NCBI GenBank assembly: GCA_963779495.1
Contig: CAVZYM010000005.1
Coordinates: 528,241 to 592,240, forward strand
DNA length: 64,000 nucleotides
Direction of reading: 5' to 3'
DNA from: an uncultured Pseudomonadota bacterium
Lineage (GTDB): Bacteria > Myxococcota_A > Polyangia > Fen-1088
The first letter of the stretch is position 1; the number at the start of each line of letters is the position of its first letter. Below are positions 39,191-50,145 of this stretch, in pieces. The position numbers were made by a program, and so were the translations under genes. The notes beneath the pieces were generated by a model. It was given only the letters and a program-made list of their open reading frames with translations, was not told where the DNA came from and made no database searches.

Positions 39191-40876
39191 GTGATGGCCA
39201 GCAAGTGGACCCGCCGCGTGGGAGGGGGCGCGATCGCGATAGGCGTCGTGGCGCTGCTGGTGACACGGGCAGGCTCCGGGCCGACGCCCGCGGTGAGCGT
39301 ATCGACGTCGATGCCCACCTCCAACGTGTCCATCGTGACCCCGACGGCGACCGAGGCGCCGGCCGCCCCGACGATGGCGGCCCCGACCGCGGCGTTGGCG
39401 GTCCCTCCCAGGAAGCCGACGCCTGGCGCGGCGGCCGCGCCATCTACATTCGCCGCGCCCGCCGAAGTGGCCGCGGCGCCGGAGGCCGCGCCACCGACGT
39501 CCGGCCCACCGGCGCCGACGCCCGTGGCGGAGGCGAACCCGACCGAGAGCCCGCCGGAGCCGAGCGTTCTGACGCGGACGCCGACGCCGAACCCGACCCC
39601 GAAGAGCGCGCGGGCGCAGACGCTCCCGACGGAGAAGGCGAGCGCCGTGGAGAAGGCGAGCGCCGTGGAGAAGGCTGTAGAGGAAGACCAGGGGGAATCG
39701 GAATACATCCAAGGAAGAGCGTCGCGCCCCGCGCGGTTCCGACGCGGGACCAAAACGGCGGGTTGTGCCGCTGCTCGATTGACGGGGGACGAAGTGAACC
39801 GGACGTTAGGAAGACTGTTGGCGGCGGCGCTGCTCCTGCTCGCCTTCGCGCGGCCAGCCGGCGCGGCAAGCTCCTGGGAGGAGGCCGAGGCGCTCATCCG
39901 CCAGGCTTTGCAACTGCGCGCCCAGAACAAGCCCGATCGCGCGTTACCCCTGCTCGAACAGGCCTATCGGACGGCGCGAACGGCCCGGACCGCGGCCCAC
40001 CTCGGGCTCTGCGAGCTCGAGCTCGGGGCTTTCGTCGCGGCGGAGCGGTACCTGACGGAGGGGCTGGCGACGCCCGACCACCCGTGGATCGCGAAGAACA
40101 AGAGCACGCTCGAGCAGCAGCTCGCGCACGCCAAGACGAACATCGGCGAGCTGGCCATCTCGGGCTCGCCGGCCGGCGCGGAGCTCTGGGTGAACGGCAA
40201 CCGCGCCGGCAAGCTGCCGCTGGCCGTGGCCCTCCGGCTGGACAAGGGACGCGTCGAGGTACAGGTGCGCGCCCCCGGGCATCTGCCGGCGACCGACAGC
40301 GTGACCATCGTCGGCGGGAAGCAGGAACGGCGCACGTACGCGCTGGCACCCGATCCCGCGATCGCGCGCGCGCCGGCCCCGCAGGAGGCCGATCACACCG
40401 GCCCGCTGGCGCCGCCGCCCTTCGTCGCCCCGACGGCCGCGGCCACGGCGACCGTCGAGGCGGCCCCGGCCGATCCCGAAAGCCCGCGCCGCAGGATGCG
40501 GACCGCCGCCTGGATTGCCGGCGGAGCCGCGGTCGGCGCGCTGTTGCTCGGGACGGTCGAGGCGTTCCAGGTCGCGAGCGCGCGCGACGCGTTCAACAAT
40601 CACATGGGCACGGTCGGGGGTGTCTACGGCAAGGACTGCGGCACCGGCAGCCTGTCCCCCGCCTGCAAACCGCTGAAGGACGACTACGATCGCGCGGTCA
40701 CGCTGTCGGTCGTGGGTTTCGCCACGGCCGGAGCGCTGGCCGCGGGCGCGTCCGTGTTGTGGGTGCTGTCGTCCCCAAATCACAGCCTCCGGGCGGAGCC
40801 GACGGCCTCCGCGCGGGCGCTGACCTGTGTCCCCGATCCCTCGGGGCGGGGTGTCGCCTGCAGCCTTCGCTTTTGA
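39191..40876 (+). CDS. Membrane protein with TM helix, Pro/Ala/Thr-rich region, TPR-like segment and PEGA domain; likely the C-terminal portion of the upstream kinase
   Basis: TM (GGGAIAIGVVALLV), PT-rich low complexity with tandem KASAVE repeat, PEGA-like block (AELWVNGNRAGKLPLAVALRLDKGRVEVQVRAPGHLPATDSVTIVGG), second TM near the C-terminus. Frame opens 36 nt upstream of its Met. Confidence 0.5.
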   Translation: MMASKWTRRVGGGAIAIGVVALLVTRAGSGPTPAVSVSTSMPTSNVSIVTPTATEAPAAPTMAAPTAALAVPPRKPTPGAAAAPSTFAAPAEVAAAPEAAPPTSGPPAPTPVAEANPTESPPEPSVLTRTPTPNPTPKSARAQTLPTEKASAVEKASAVEKAVEEDQGESEYIQGRASRPARFRRGTKTAGCAAARLTGDEVNRTLGRLLAAALLLLAFARPAGAASSWEEAEALIRQALQLRAQNKPDRALPLLEQAYRTARTARTAAHLGLCELELGAFVAAERYLTEGLATPDHPWIAKNKSTLEQQLAHAKTNIGELAISGSPAGAELWVNGNRAGKLPLAVALRLDKGRVEVQVRAPGHLPATDSVTIVGGKQERRTYALAPDPAIARAPAPQEADHTGPLAPPPFVAPTAAATATVEAAPADPESPRRRMRTAAWIAGGAAVGALLLGTVEAFQVASARDAFNNHMGTVGGVYGKDCGTGSLSPACKPLKDDYDRAVTLSVVGFATAGALAAGASVLWVLSSPNHSLRAEPTASARALTCVPDPSGRGVACSLRF

Positions 40877-40893
40877 AACCTCAGGAGAGTGTG

Positions 40894-43152
40894 ATGGGCA
40901 TGGGTAACCGGGTACTCGCTTGCTTGCTTCTGGTCTCGTCGGCGATCGCTTGCGGTGGCTTGCGCTACGCGCCCGACCTTTCCGACGGCGGAGGTAGCGC
41001 GGGCACTGGCGGTGGGCCCGGCGGCCGCGGCGGCGGGCCCGGCGGCCGCGGCGGCACAGGCGCGACGGTAGGCGACGGCGGAATCGACGGGCCCCCCTGC
41101 CCCGCAGGCGGCGCCTGTACGCCGACGTCCAACCCGTGTCACGTCGGAACCACGACCTGCGGGTCCAGCGGCCCCAGCTGCACGGACACCCAGCAGCCCA
41201 AGGCGAACGGCACCTCCTGCGGCGAGGACGGGGTCTGCAGCAACGGCGTTTGCACAGCCTGCTTCGCCGGCACCGCCTGCTCCGTGACCGGGAAACCGTG
41301 CCGCTCCGGCGCCATCTCCTGCGCGACGGGCGAGCCGGTCTGCACCGAGGTGAACAATCAACCGAACGGCAGCTCCTGCGGAGCCGGCATGGTGTGCCAG
41401 GCGGGACAGTGCGCCGCCTGTCAGGCGGGCGCCGCGTGCACCCCCACCAGCAACCCGTGCCACCAGGGGACGCTGTCGTGCACGACCGGAACCCCGCAGT
41501 GCACCGACGCGGGAACGAACGCGCCCGCGGGAACGGCCTGCGGAACCAACCGGTTCTGTAACGCGACCGGAACCTGCGGCGGCGACTGCATCGTGGGCGC
41601 GAGCTGCGCCATCGCCGGCAAACCCTGCCGCACCGGCACGACCACCTGCAACACGGGCGCGCCCATCTGCGTGGAATCGGGGAACGTCCAGAACGGCACC
41701 AGCTGCGGAACCAACCTGGTGTGCAGCGCCGGCACCTGCACCTCGTGCACGGCGGGGATGACCTGCGCGCCGACCAACCCCTGCCACGCCGGCGTCATGG
41801 CCTGCTCCCCCGCCATCAGCTGCACCGACACCACCGTGAATCTGGTCAACGGCAGCACCTGTGGAACCAACAAGGTCTGCAACGCCGGCACGTGCGTCAA
41901 CTGCACGGTGGGCACCACCTGCCAGCCGACCAACCTTTGTCGGACCGGAGCGACGTCGTGCGTGACCGGCTCATCGGTCTGCGCCGAGACCGGAAATCGG
42001 CCCAACGGCACGTCCTGCGGAACGAACCAGGTGTGCAACGCCGGCGCGTGCGTCCCCTGCACGGCCGGCGGCGCGTGCATGCCCAGCAACCCCTGTCACA
42101 ACGGGACGCTCAGCTGCAGCACCGGTACCTCGATGTGCCTCGACAGCGGGACGCTGCTGGCCGACGGCAAGACCTGCGGGACGAACCTCGTCTGCAAGAC
42201 CGGGAGCTGCGTCCCCTGCACCGCCGGAACGACCTGCTCGCCGACCAACCCCTGCAAGACGGGACGGACCTCCTGCACGACCGGGTCCTCCGTCTGCGCC
42301 GAAAGCGGCAACAGGCCGGTGGGGACGATGTGCGGCGCCGCGCAGTCGTGCACGGATGGGGAGCTGACGTCGGCCGGCATGTGCGACGCGATGCAGGCGT
42401 GCGTCACCACGATGACCAGCTGTCAGGGCGCCTGCAACGCCGCCGGGACGGACTGCGTCGGATGCCCCGTCGGGCAGACGATGTGCCCGGGCGGGTGCAA
42501 GAACCTCACGAACGATCCCGACAACTGCGGAGGCTGCGGAGACGCCTGCGCAGGCCCGCCAGTCGTCGGCTCGGGGTCGGCCGTCTGCAACAACACGGAC
42601 TGCGACCTCATCTGCAACATCGGGTACCTCGCGTGCAGCAACAACCCCTATTGCCAGGTCAGGAGCTGGGGCTTCGAGGAGGACACGACGGCCGGCTTCC
42701 ACGTCGTGGGCGGCGGCGGCTCGAGCGCGGTGAAGTCCGTCTCGACCTCCACCTCCGTCAGCCACGGCGGCGGTAGGTCGCTCGCGATCGCGATCGATGC
42801 CAAGGGCTCGGCGCGCCGGTTCGAGGTCGGGATCGACCTGTGCGACGGCGGCTACATCCCGGCCATGGGACAGAACGTGAGCGCGTGGTTCTATCTCAGC
42901 CCCGCCTCGGCGTCCGTGCCCGCCCCTCACCCGGACTCGCTTGCGGGCGAGCACCTCTACACGAGCGCGGGCGAGGGCGGCAACACGACCAGCCCGCTGC
43001 CGGTCGGAACCTGGTTCCGGGTCCAGACGCCGATCGCGAGCGTGGGGAATCGCCTCGAATCCTTCTCCCTCGAGGGGCTCTTCGACAGCGACGGCACCAA
43101 CGACTTCGACTGGGCCGGCGTCGTCTACGTGGACGACATCACCATCCAGTAG
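40894..43152 (+). CDS. Cys-rich repeat lipoprotein: ~9 tandem ~45-50-aa Cys modules plus C-terminal ~190-aa domain
   Basis: SD aggagag, then GTG-ATG. Signal plus lipobox (LLVSSAIACGG). Gly-rich linker. Repeated module C-x-P-(T/S)-N-P-C-H-x-G-T-x-S-C-x-T-G-x-x-x-C-x-(D/E)-x-G-x-x-x-N-G-T-S-C-G-T-N-x-V-C-x-A-G-x-C-V-x-C. Confidence 0.7.
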   Translation: MGMGNRVLACLLLVSSAIACGGLRYAPDLSDGGGSAGTGGGPGGRGGGPGGRGGTGATVGDGGIDGPPCPAGGACTPTSNPCHVGTTTCGSSGPSCTDTQQPKANGTSCGEDGVCSNGVCTACFAGTACSVTGKPCRSGAISCATGEPVCTEVNNQPNGSSCGAGMVCQAGQCAACQAGAACTPTSNPCHQGTLSCTTGTPQCTDAGTNAPAGTACGTNRFCNATGTCGGDCIVGASCAIAGKPCRTGTTTCNTGAPICVESGNVQNGTSCGTNLVCSAGTCTSCTAGMTCAPTNPCHAGVMACSPAISCTDTTVNLVNGSTCGTNKVCNAGTCVNCTVGTTCQPTNLCRTGATSCVTGSSVCAETGNRPNGTSCGTNQVCNAGACVPCTAGGACMPSNPCHNGTLSCSTGTSMCLDSGTLLADGKTCGTNLVCKTGSCVPCTAGTTCSPTNPCKTGRTSCTTGSSVCAESGNRPVGTMCGAAQSCTDGELTSAGMCDAMQACVTTMTSCQGACNAAGTDCVGCPVGQTMCPGGCKNLTNDPDNCGGCGDACAGPPVVGSGSAVCNNTDCDLICNIGYLACSNNPYCQVRSWGFEEDTTAGFHVVGGGGSSAVKSVSTSTSVSHGGGRSLAIAIDAKGSARRFEVGIDLCDGGYIPAMGQNVSAWFYLSPASASVPAPHPDSLAGEHLYTSAGEGGNTTSPLPVGTWFRVQTPIASVGNRLESFSLEGLFDSDGTNDFDWAGVVYVDDITIQ

Positions 43153-43160
43153 ACCGCAGG

Positions 43161-44446
43161 TTACCCCCCGAAGAGCTGGCGCGCCCGGGCGGCCAGGCCC
43201 CAGGCGACCGAGGTCAGCTCTTCGCCGCCGGCCAGCTTGGCCTCGCCGAAGCGGTCGGCGAGGCGGCGGCGCACCGCCGGCACCAGCGACGAGCCGCCGG
43301 TGGCGAACACCGAATCGACGTCGCCCGGGGCGACCCCCGCGCGCGCGAGCACGGTGCTCACCACCGCGTCGACGGCGTCCAGCTCGTCGGCGATCCAGCT
43401 CTCGAAATCGCCGCGCGCGAGCGCCAGGTCCAGGTCCAGCTCGCCGTACGCCAGCCTCGCCTGCTCGGCCGCCGACAGCGCCAGCTTGCCGCGCTCGACG
43501 GCCTGGTGCAGCGGCAGGCCCAGATCGTCGTGCACGACGCGCACCAGCCGGGCGATGCGTTCGGGGGCCAGGGCCCCCTGCTCCAGGCGATCGAGCAGGC
43601 GCATCGTGTCGGCGTCCTTGAGGAACGACAGGTGATGCCAGCGGCGCAGCCGTGAGAAGAGCCAGCTCGGCACCGGCGTGACGGCGCCCAACTCGTCGCG
43701 GTAGGTCGTGCCCTGGCCCAGCGCCGGCGCCACCCGCGCGTCGATGATGCGCGCGTCGAAGCTGTCGCCGCCGATCGCCAGGCCGCCGGTGGCGAGGATG
43801 GCCTTCGCGTCGCCGGGACCGACCCGCGGACCGACCCGCACCAGCGAGAAGTCGCTGGTGCCGCCGCCGAAGTCGGCGACCAGGAGCAGCTCGTGGTGAT
43901 CCAGGCGCGCGGCGTAGCGCAGCGCGGCCGCGATCGGCTCGAATTCGAACACCACCTCGGAGAAGCCGGCCAGCTCGAGCGCGGCGCGCATGCGCGACAC
44001 CGCGCGTGCGTCATCGTCCTCCGCGCCGGCGCCCCAGTAACGGACCGGCCGGCCGACGACCGCGCGCGCCCGTCCCCAGCTCCGCGCCGACGCCCGCCCG
44101 CAGGCCGCGCAGGAATGCGGCGATCAGCGCCTCCAGCGTCCAGGTGCGGCCGACGATCATGGTGCGGGTGAAGGACGCGCTGGCCAGGTGCGACTTGATC
44201 GACTGCACCAGGCGCCCCTCGCCTTCGGCCTCCACGTAGCGATCGATGGCCGGCGCGCCGGCGTGCACCGGACCGTTGGGCTCGAAGTAGAGCACCGTGC
44301 GCCAGGTGGTCGTCGCGCCGCCGCGACCCGGGCAGCCGCGCCAGCCGGACCGGTCCGTCCTCGTCGGCCAGCGCGACGGCGGTGTTGGTGGTGCCGAAGT
44401 CGATGCCGACGAAAGGAACCGCGCGCGCGGCGGCGGGGGAGCTCAT
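43161..44446 (-). CDS. Hsp70-family (actin-like ATPase, YegD/HscC-like) protein with two apparent frameshifts (~44070, ~44320)
   Basis: N-terminal phosphate-1 motif VGIDFGTTNTAVA. Connect-2 motif VADFGGGTSDFSLV in the 43161..44000 ORF. The middle segment (LYFEPNGPVHAGAPAIDRYVEAEGEGRLVQSIKSHL) is a third-frame ORF (44011..44295). Confidence 0.7.
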
Positions 44447-44537
44447 GGGTCCCGCATGCTGGACAGTCCGCGGCCCATTTTCAAAACATAACTTTCGAAG
44501 CAGCGGCGAAGGCGTCTCCTCCGATAAGCTCGGCGCC

Positions 44538-47041
44538 TTGCAGCTCGTGGTCGCCGAGAAGCCGTCCGTCGCGCGAGATCTCGCGCGCGTGCTGGCCGTG
44601 CGCGGCGCCGGCAGGCACGCCATCGAGGGCAGCAAGGTCGTCCTGACCTGGTGCATCGGACACCTCGTCGAGCTCGAGGAGCCCGCCGCCTACGACGCGC
44701 GCTGGAAGGCGTGGCGCCTCGACACGCTGCCCATGCTGCCGGACACCTTCAAGCTGCGGCCCGTGCCCCAGACGCACGATCAGCTCCGGGCCGTCTCCGG
44801 GCTGCTGCGCGACCGGCGCTTCACGGAGGTCGTCAACGCCTGTGATGCGGGGCGCGAGGGCGAGCTCATCTTTCGCTACGTCTACGACCTGGCCGGTAGC
44901 CGCCTGCCGATCCGGCGCCTGTGGATCTCCTCGCTGACCGACGACGCGATCCGGGCGGGCTTCGCCGGCCTGCGACCGGGCGCCGACTTCGACGCGCTCG
45001 CGGCCGCGGCGCGCTGCCGCTCGGAGGCCGACTGGCTCGTGGGGATGAACGCCACGCGCGCCGTCACGGTCAGCTCGCGCTTTGCCGCGCCACGCCCGCG
45101 CGCGCCGCAGCCGCAGCCGCAGGGCCGCGGCCGGCGCGGGCAGAGCGACTCGCCGCTCTACTCGATCGGCCGCGTGCAGACGCCCACCCTCGCGATCGTC
45201 GTGCGTCGGGAGCAGGAGATCCGCGGGTTTTCGCCGCGCGACTACTGGGAGATCCGCGGGGTCTTCACGCCCGCCGGCGCCGCGAGCGGGCGGATCACAA
45301 GGTCACGGCCATGTGGGGCGCCACGCCGCCCGGCGGCAAGACGGTCCGCTCGCGGCTGGGCGAACGCGCCTTCGCCGACGCCGTCGTCGCGCGCGACGAG
45401 CCGCTCGGCGCCGCCGCTTCGCCGCACGGGCCGATCGTCGCGCGGCTGCGGCAACGACGGACGAAGGAGCCGCCGCCGCTGCTGTTCGACCTGACTTCAC
45501 TGCAGCGAACCGCCAACCGACGCTACGGCCTCTCCGCCACCGCGACGCTCGCGGCGGCCCAGTCGCTCTACGAGCGGTTCAAGATCCTCACCTACCCGCG
45601 CACCGACTCGCGCCACCTCACCAACGATCTGGCGAAGGAGCTGCCCAAGCTCTTCACGGCCCTCGCCGCCGTGCCGGACTACGCGCCCCACGCCGCGCCG
45701 CTGCTCGCGACGCCGCCCGTGCGCTCGCGCCGCGTGTTCGACGACGGCAAGGTTTCGGACCACCATGCGATCATCCCCACGGGCAAGTCGTTCAACCTCG
45801 ACGACCTGCCTCGCGACGAACGACGCGTCTTCGACCTGGTGGCGCGGCGGTTCCTGGGCGCGTTCCACCCCGACGCCGAGTTCGCGCTCACCGACGTCGT
45901 GATCCGCGTCGGCGCCGCCGGGTCCGACGGCCCCGCGTCCGAGGCGGGGTCCGACGCGCTGCCCGACCTCGACGACGCGCCCCTGCCGACGCTCCCGGCG
46001 CCTCCCGACCATTTTTACGCGCGCGGACGGGTGCGTCTCGTCGCGGGCTGGCAAGCGGTCGCGCAGCTGGAGGGCGACCGGAAACGCGACGGAGATGGGG
46101 TCGCGGACGCGCCCACGCTGCCGCCCCTCGCGGAGGGGCAGCGACTCGACGGGACCTTCGAGGTGCTGACGAAGCAGACGCGACCGCCGCCGCGCCACAC
46201 GGAGGCGACGCTGCTCGGGGCCATGGAATCGGCCGGCCGCGACATCGCCGACGAGGAGCTGCGCGCCGCCATGCGCGACTCGGGCCTGGGCACGCCGGCG
46301 ACGCGGGCCGCGACGATCGAGACGCTGATCAAGCGAACGTTCGTCGCGCGCGACGCCAAGAACCTGGTGCCGACGGAGATGGGCATCGCGCTCATCGAGG
46401 CGCTCCCCGTCAAGAGCCTGGGCTCGCCCGAGCTGACGGGCGCCTGGGAGGCGCGCCTCACGCGCGTGGCGCGCGGCCAGGAGACGCGCGCCGCCTTCAT
46501 GGCGGACATCACGCGCTATGTCGGCGAGGTCGTGACGGCCATCCGCGGCGGCGCGGGGATCGTCAAGACGGGCGCGCCCCCGCCCCGCCCCGCGCCCGCG
46601 ACCTCGACCGCCGCACGCACCGCGCGATCCGACAGCTCTGCCGCCGGCCCGAAGACCAAGCCCGCAAAGCCCGCACAGACGAAGCCCGGCAAAAGCACGA
46701 AGCCCGCGACGACGGCGACGGCGACGACGACGACCGCGCTGCCGTGTCCGCGTTGCAAGCAGGGTCGCCTCGTCGCCGGCAACCGCGGCTGGGGTTGCTC
46801 GCGCTGGCGCGAAGGCTGCGCGTTCGTGATCTGGTTCGAGCTCGCCGGCCAGCGCATCTCCGACGCCGAGATCGGCGCCCTCGTGTCGAAGGGCAAGACC
46901 CGCCGCCGCACGTGGCGCGCCCCCGATGGCGCCGAGATCAACGGCCGCCTCGTGCTGGATCTGACCGCCGCGCGCGAGGCGGGCGCGGCGCGCCTCGAGA
47001 CGACGACGACGAACCGGGGTGGTTCGTCAGCCTCGGACTGA
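44538..47041 (+). CDS. topB: DNA topoisomerase III (type IA), apparent frameshift ~45290; probable TTG start
   Basis: TOPRIM (LVVAEKPSVARDLA, CDAGREGELIF). Active-site Tyr motif ILTYPRTDSRHL. GRVQTPTLA. C-terminal zinc ribbon CPRCKQGRLV...CSRWREGC. N- and C-halves lie in different frames. Confidence 0.8.
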
Positions 47042-47047
47042 TCTCAC

Positions 47048-47809
47048 GTGGTGAACGTCCTCGCGGCCCTGGTGGCGCTGGTTCCCGTGCTGTCGCCGGA
47101 GCTCCTGATCCCGCCGGACCAGCGTGCGCTGGCGTCCGAGCTGGCGCGGCTCGAAACGTTCATGCCGGGCACCGCGCTGTCGGCGCTGGTGAACGGACCG
47201 GAGGAGGAGGTCGCGGGCTACGTCCCCGGCGATGCGCGGTTCCGGAGCACGCGCGACGGCGAGTTCCTGCGATCGTGGATAGGGCGCGAATTGACCGCGC
47301 GCGGGGTCGGCCAAGCTGACGTTCCCTGGGCGGTCCTGTTCGCGATCCGGCGGCGGCATCGCGGCGAGTCGGTGGGGCTCGACCTCGTCGCGGCGGCTGC
47401 CCGGGGGCCGCACGCGCGGATCCGTACCTCGTGGCACGCCGTACGCAACGGCGTCGTCACCCAGGCCGACGGGATCGAGATCCTGGACCAGGTTCGCTTC
47501 GACAAGAACGTGGCAGTGCCGTCGGCCGGAGAAGAGGCGCTGCTCGACGCGATAGCAGCGACGCTGGTGGCCAACCCTGCGCTCAGCCTGCTCGAGCTTC
47601 GTGGCCACGCGGATCCCGACGAAAGCGGGGCCGAGGCGCTGGCGCAGAGACGCGCAGCGGCCGTTCGCGACGAGATGGTTCGCCGTGGCGTCGCCGGAAC
47701 CCGCCTGGCGCCGGCCGCCGAGGTACCGGCGCGGGGCCGGCGCCGGTCCAAGAACGCGACCCGGTACGTCGAGCTCCTGAACATCCGCGTGGGCCACGGC
47801 GGGCCGTAG
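47048..47809 (+). CDS. OmpA/MotB-family peptidoglycan-associated protein
   Basis: C-terminal OmpA-like block IEILDQVRFDKNVAVPSAGEEALLDAIAATLVANPALSLLELRGHADPDESG...LAQRRAAAVRDEMVRRGV. Confidence 0.7.
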   Translation: MVNVLAALVALVPVLSPELLIPPDQRALASELARLETFMPGTALSALVNGPEEEVAGYVPGDARFRSTRDGEFLRSWIGRELTARGVGQADVPWAVLFAIRRRHRGESVGLDLVAAAARGPHARIRTSWHAVRNGVVTQADGIEILDQVRFDKNVAVPSAGEEALLDAIAATLVANPALSLLELRGHADPDESGAEALAQRRAAAVRDEMVRRGVAGTRLAPAAEVPARGRRRSKNATRYVELLNIRVGHGGP

Positions 47810-47852
47810 GCCCGCGTCGCGAAAGCCCGGGATGCGGTAGGCTGGCGAAGGT

Positions 47853-48356
47853 ATGGCGCGGTCACATGTGGCGGTCGCCGTCGCGTTCGTGCTCACCACG
47901 GTGGTCGCGTACCAGATCGGCCGGCGGCGCGCGCCCGAGCCGGCCGAGCCGGCCCGTTACGACGACAGCGCCGGTGAAAGCGAAGGCGAACGCGAGGCCG
48001 ATCCGACGCCCACCGCGCCGGCTGCCATCGCGCGCGAGGCAGACGCCGCCTCGCCGATCATCATCCTGGCCCCGCCCCCACCGCCGCGCCCGCCGCGGGA
48101 CATCTTGATCGTGGGGAAGCGGCCGGGATCGGTCGCCGACGAGCCTGCGGTACCGGAGCCCGAGCCGCCGCCCGTCGTCGCTCGCGAACCCGCGGCTCCG
48201 GCACCCGCACCTTCCGCGGTGTTGAACCCGGAGGTCACGCACTCGACCTTCGATGAGGAGGACAAGGTCGATCGCCATCCGGTCCCCGACCGCGGATCGG
48301 TGACCCGATCGAGCTTTGACGACAACGCTCACCTCGATCACCACCCTGTCCCATGA
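47853..48356 (+). CDS. Hypothetical membrane-anchored Pro-rich protein
   Basis: N-terminal TM (VAVAFVLTTVVAY) followed by a PPPPPRPP and Pro/Glu-rich tail. Confidence 0.4.
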   Translation: MARSHVAVAVAFVLTTVVAYQIGRRRAPEPAEPARYDDSAGESEGEREADPTPTAPAAIAREADAASPIIILAPPPPPRPPRDILIVGKRPGSVADEPAVPEPEPPPVVAREPAAPAPAPSAVLNPEVTHSTFDEEDKVDRHPVPDRGSVTRSSFDDNAHLDHHPVP

Positions 48357-48374
48357 TCTTGTAGTCGCGCCTCC

Positions 48375-50073
48375 TCACCCCACCGCTTTCGCGAGATTTG
48401 CGGCGCCAGCCAGGGGGGACGTCACCTCAGCCAAGGCGCTGACGTACGCGACCAGCGCGCGCGGATCGGTCAGATCGCCCCAGCCCGAGTCATCGGCGCC
48501 CGCCCGCGGAACGCTCAAGGTCCCGCTGATCATCACCTGGCTGCCCGGGCCTTCGCCGCCGCCCCATCCGGTCTCATCCGCGCCGCCCGCTCGCCCCAGC
48601 TCATCTCCGAGCTCTCCCAGCCATTCGTCGATGCCGAAGCCCAGAGCGCCGTCCTCGTCGCCGGCAACGAAGCCGCTCCGAAGGCCGTTGAGCAGCTCGG
48701 AGAAGATGTCGCCGTGACGGTGCCCCGTGCCCTCCCAAGGCCGTGGCGGCGCTTCGTCGCCGCCGCCCCCTTCGTCACTCGGCCTTCCGCCGCCCTTGTC
48801 GCCGCCGTCGTCCGGCGCGTCGGGCTGGTCCGGCTCTGCCGGGTCGTTCGGATCCTTGTCGTCGTCCTTGTCCTTGTCGTCTTCCTTGTCCTTGTCGTCG
48901 TCCTTGTCCTTGTTCTCTTCGTCCCCCTCGTTGGAGGGGGGCGCGCCCGCCGGCGTACCACCACCGGGCGTGCCACCACTGCCGGCAGCACCGCCGGTCT
49001 GGCCGCCGACCACGGGTATGGTCCCGTCGCTCGTGACGTTTCCATTCGCATCGACCGTGGTGACATGCTCTTGGCCGTTACCGTGCTTGTCGACGGTGCG
49101 GGTGACTAGCGTGACGCTGCCGTCGGCGTGTTCGGTCCGCTCGCTGTAGGAGGAATTCCCCTCCTTGTCGGTGCCGCCGAAGGTCGTCTCGCGATCGCCC
49201 AGGTTGTCATGGCTGACCCGGGAGAACTCGCTCGAGCCGTCAGCGTGGCTGGTGCCGTTTATCGTGTATTCGGTCTGGGTACCGCCGTGGGTCTCGGTGC
49301 CCATCTCGACCCAGCTCGAGCTGTCGCCGTTCTTGCCGGGCACGGTGATTGTGATCCAGCTGGTAAAGACACCGCCCTGGTCGCTGGTCCCGACCTGGCT
49401 GGAATATCCCTCGCCCTCATCCCAGGTGTACGTCTTGTTGATCCCTTCGCCGCGAATGACGGCCTTGGGCTGGCCGCCCGACGCGCCCCCGCCCGTTGCG
49501 ATCACGCCGCTCGATTGGGGGCCGTCCCAGACCACCCGCGGTCCGCCGTCACCGGCGTCGGTCGCGGCGAATTGAACGGCCCCGACATCGGCACCCGCCG
49601 GATCGGAATACCTTCCGGTGAGCGCCCCGCCCCGGATCTCGCTGGAAGGCCGAGGTCCACAGCAGGGCACCGTCGCGATCCCGGCTCTCCCCCTCGTATC
49701 GCCCTGGCCCGACGACCCGATACGTGGTCGTACGCCCCGGGCGCACGTCGACCTGGCTCCAGGTGCCGCGCCCCCCCGACGACACCTTCCAGGTCTCGGT
49801 GCGCGTCAGTCCCGGCCTTGTCACCAGCCACTGCAGCTCCAGCCGACGTTCGCGATCACCTCGCAGCAGCGAGGTCGTGACCGCGACGCCTCCGCGCACC
49901 GCACGTCGCCTGGAGATCCGCTCCTCGAAGCCGTAGCTCGTCACGCCGACGACGCGCATAGCGTTGCGCCCGTCGTGCTGGACGAACGCGCCCGCGCCCG
50001 AAGACGCATCGTGCGCGCACACCGTGTAGGCACCGTTTCGTTTCAACACGAGTTTCACCAGCTGATGGCTCAT
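48375..50073 (-). CDS. Hypothetical protein with an acidic (KD)n low-complexity repeat; probable frameshift ~49600
   Basis: ORFs 49549..50073 and 48375..49670 overlap in adjacent frames. Asp/Lys tract DKDDDKDKEDDKDKDDDKD is encoded by a gtccttgtcgtc-type tandem DNA repeat (~48840..48930). Gly/Thr-rich beta-type N-terminal region. Confidence 0.4.
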
Positions 50074-50145
50074 GAATCCCCTCCCAACGCGATTGACTCA
50101 GGTGGAACGCACGCGACGACGCTCGTTTTTTCGGCTGCGGTTCCG

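Noticed and set aside
37558-39930. 790-aa minus-strand ORF overlapping the kinase gene
   Set aside because: Arg/Gly/Ala-rich junk typical of antisense frames in high-GC DNA. The opposite strand encodes a motif-complete Ser/Thr kinase.
38053-43152. 1699-aa ORF as a single protein
   Set aside because: Only the first ~370 and last ~750 residues are protein-like. The middle is low-complexity Arg/Gly. A frame-2 stop, SD and start at 40874..40896 define a separate downstream gene.
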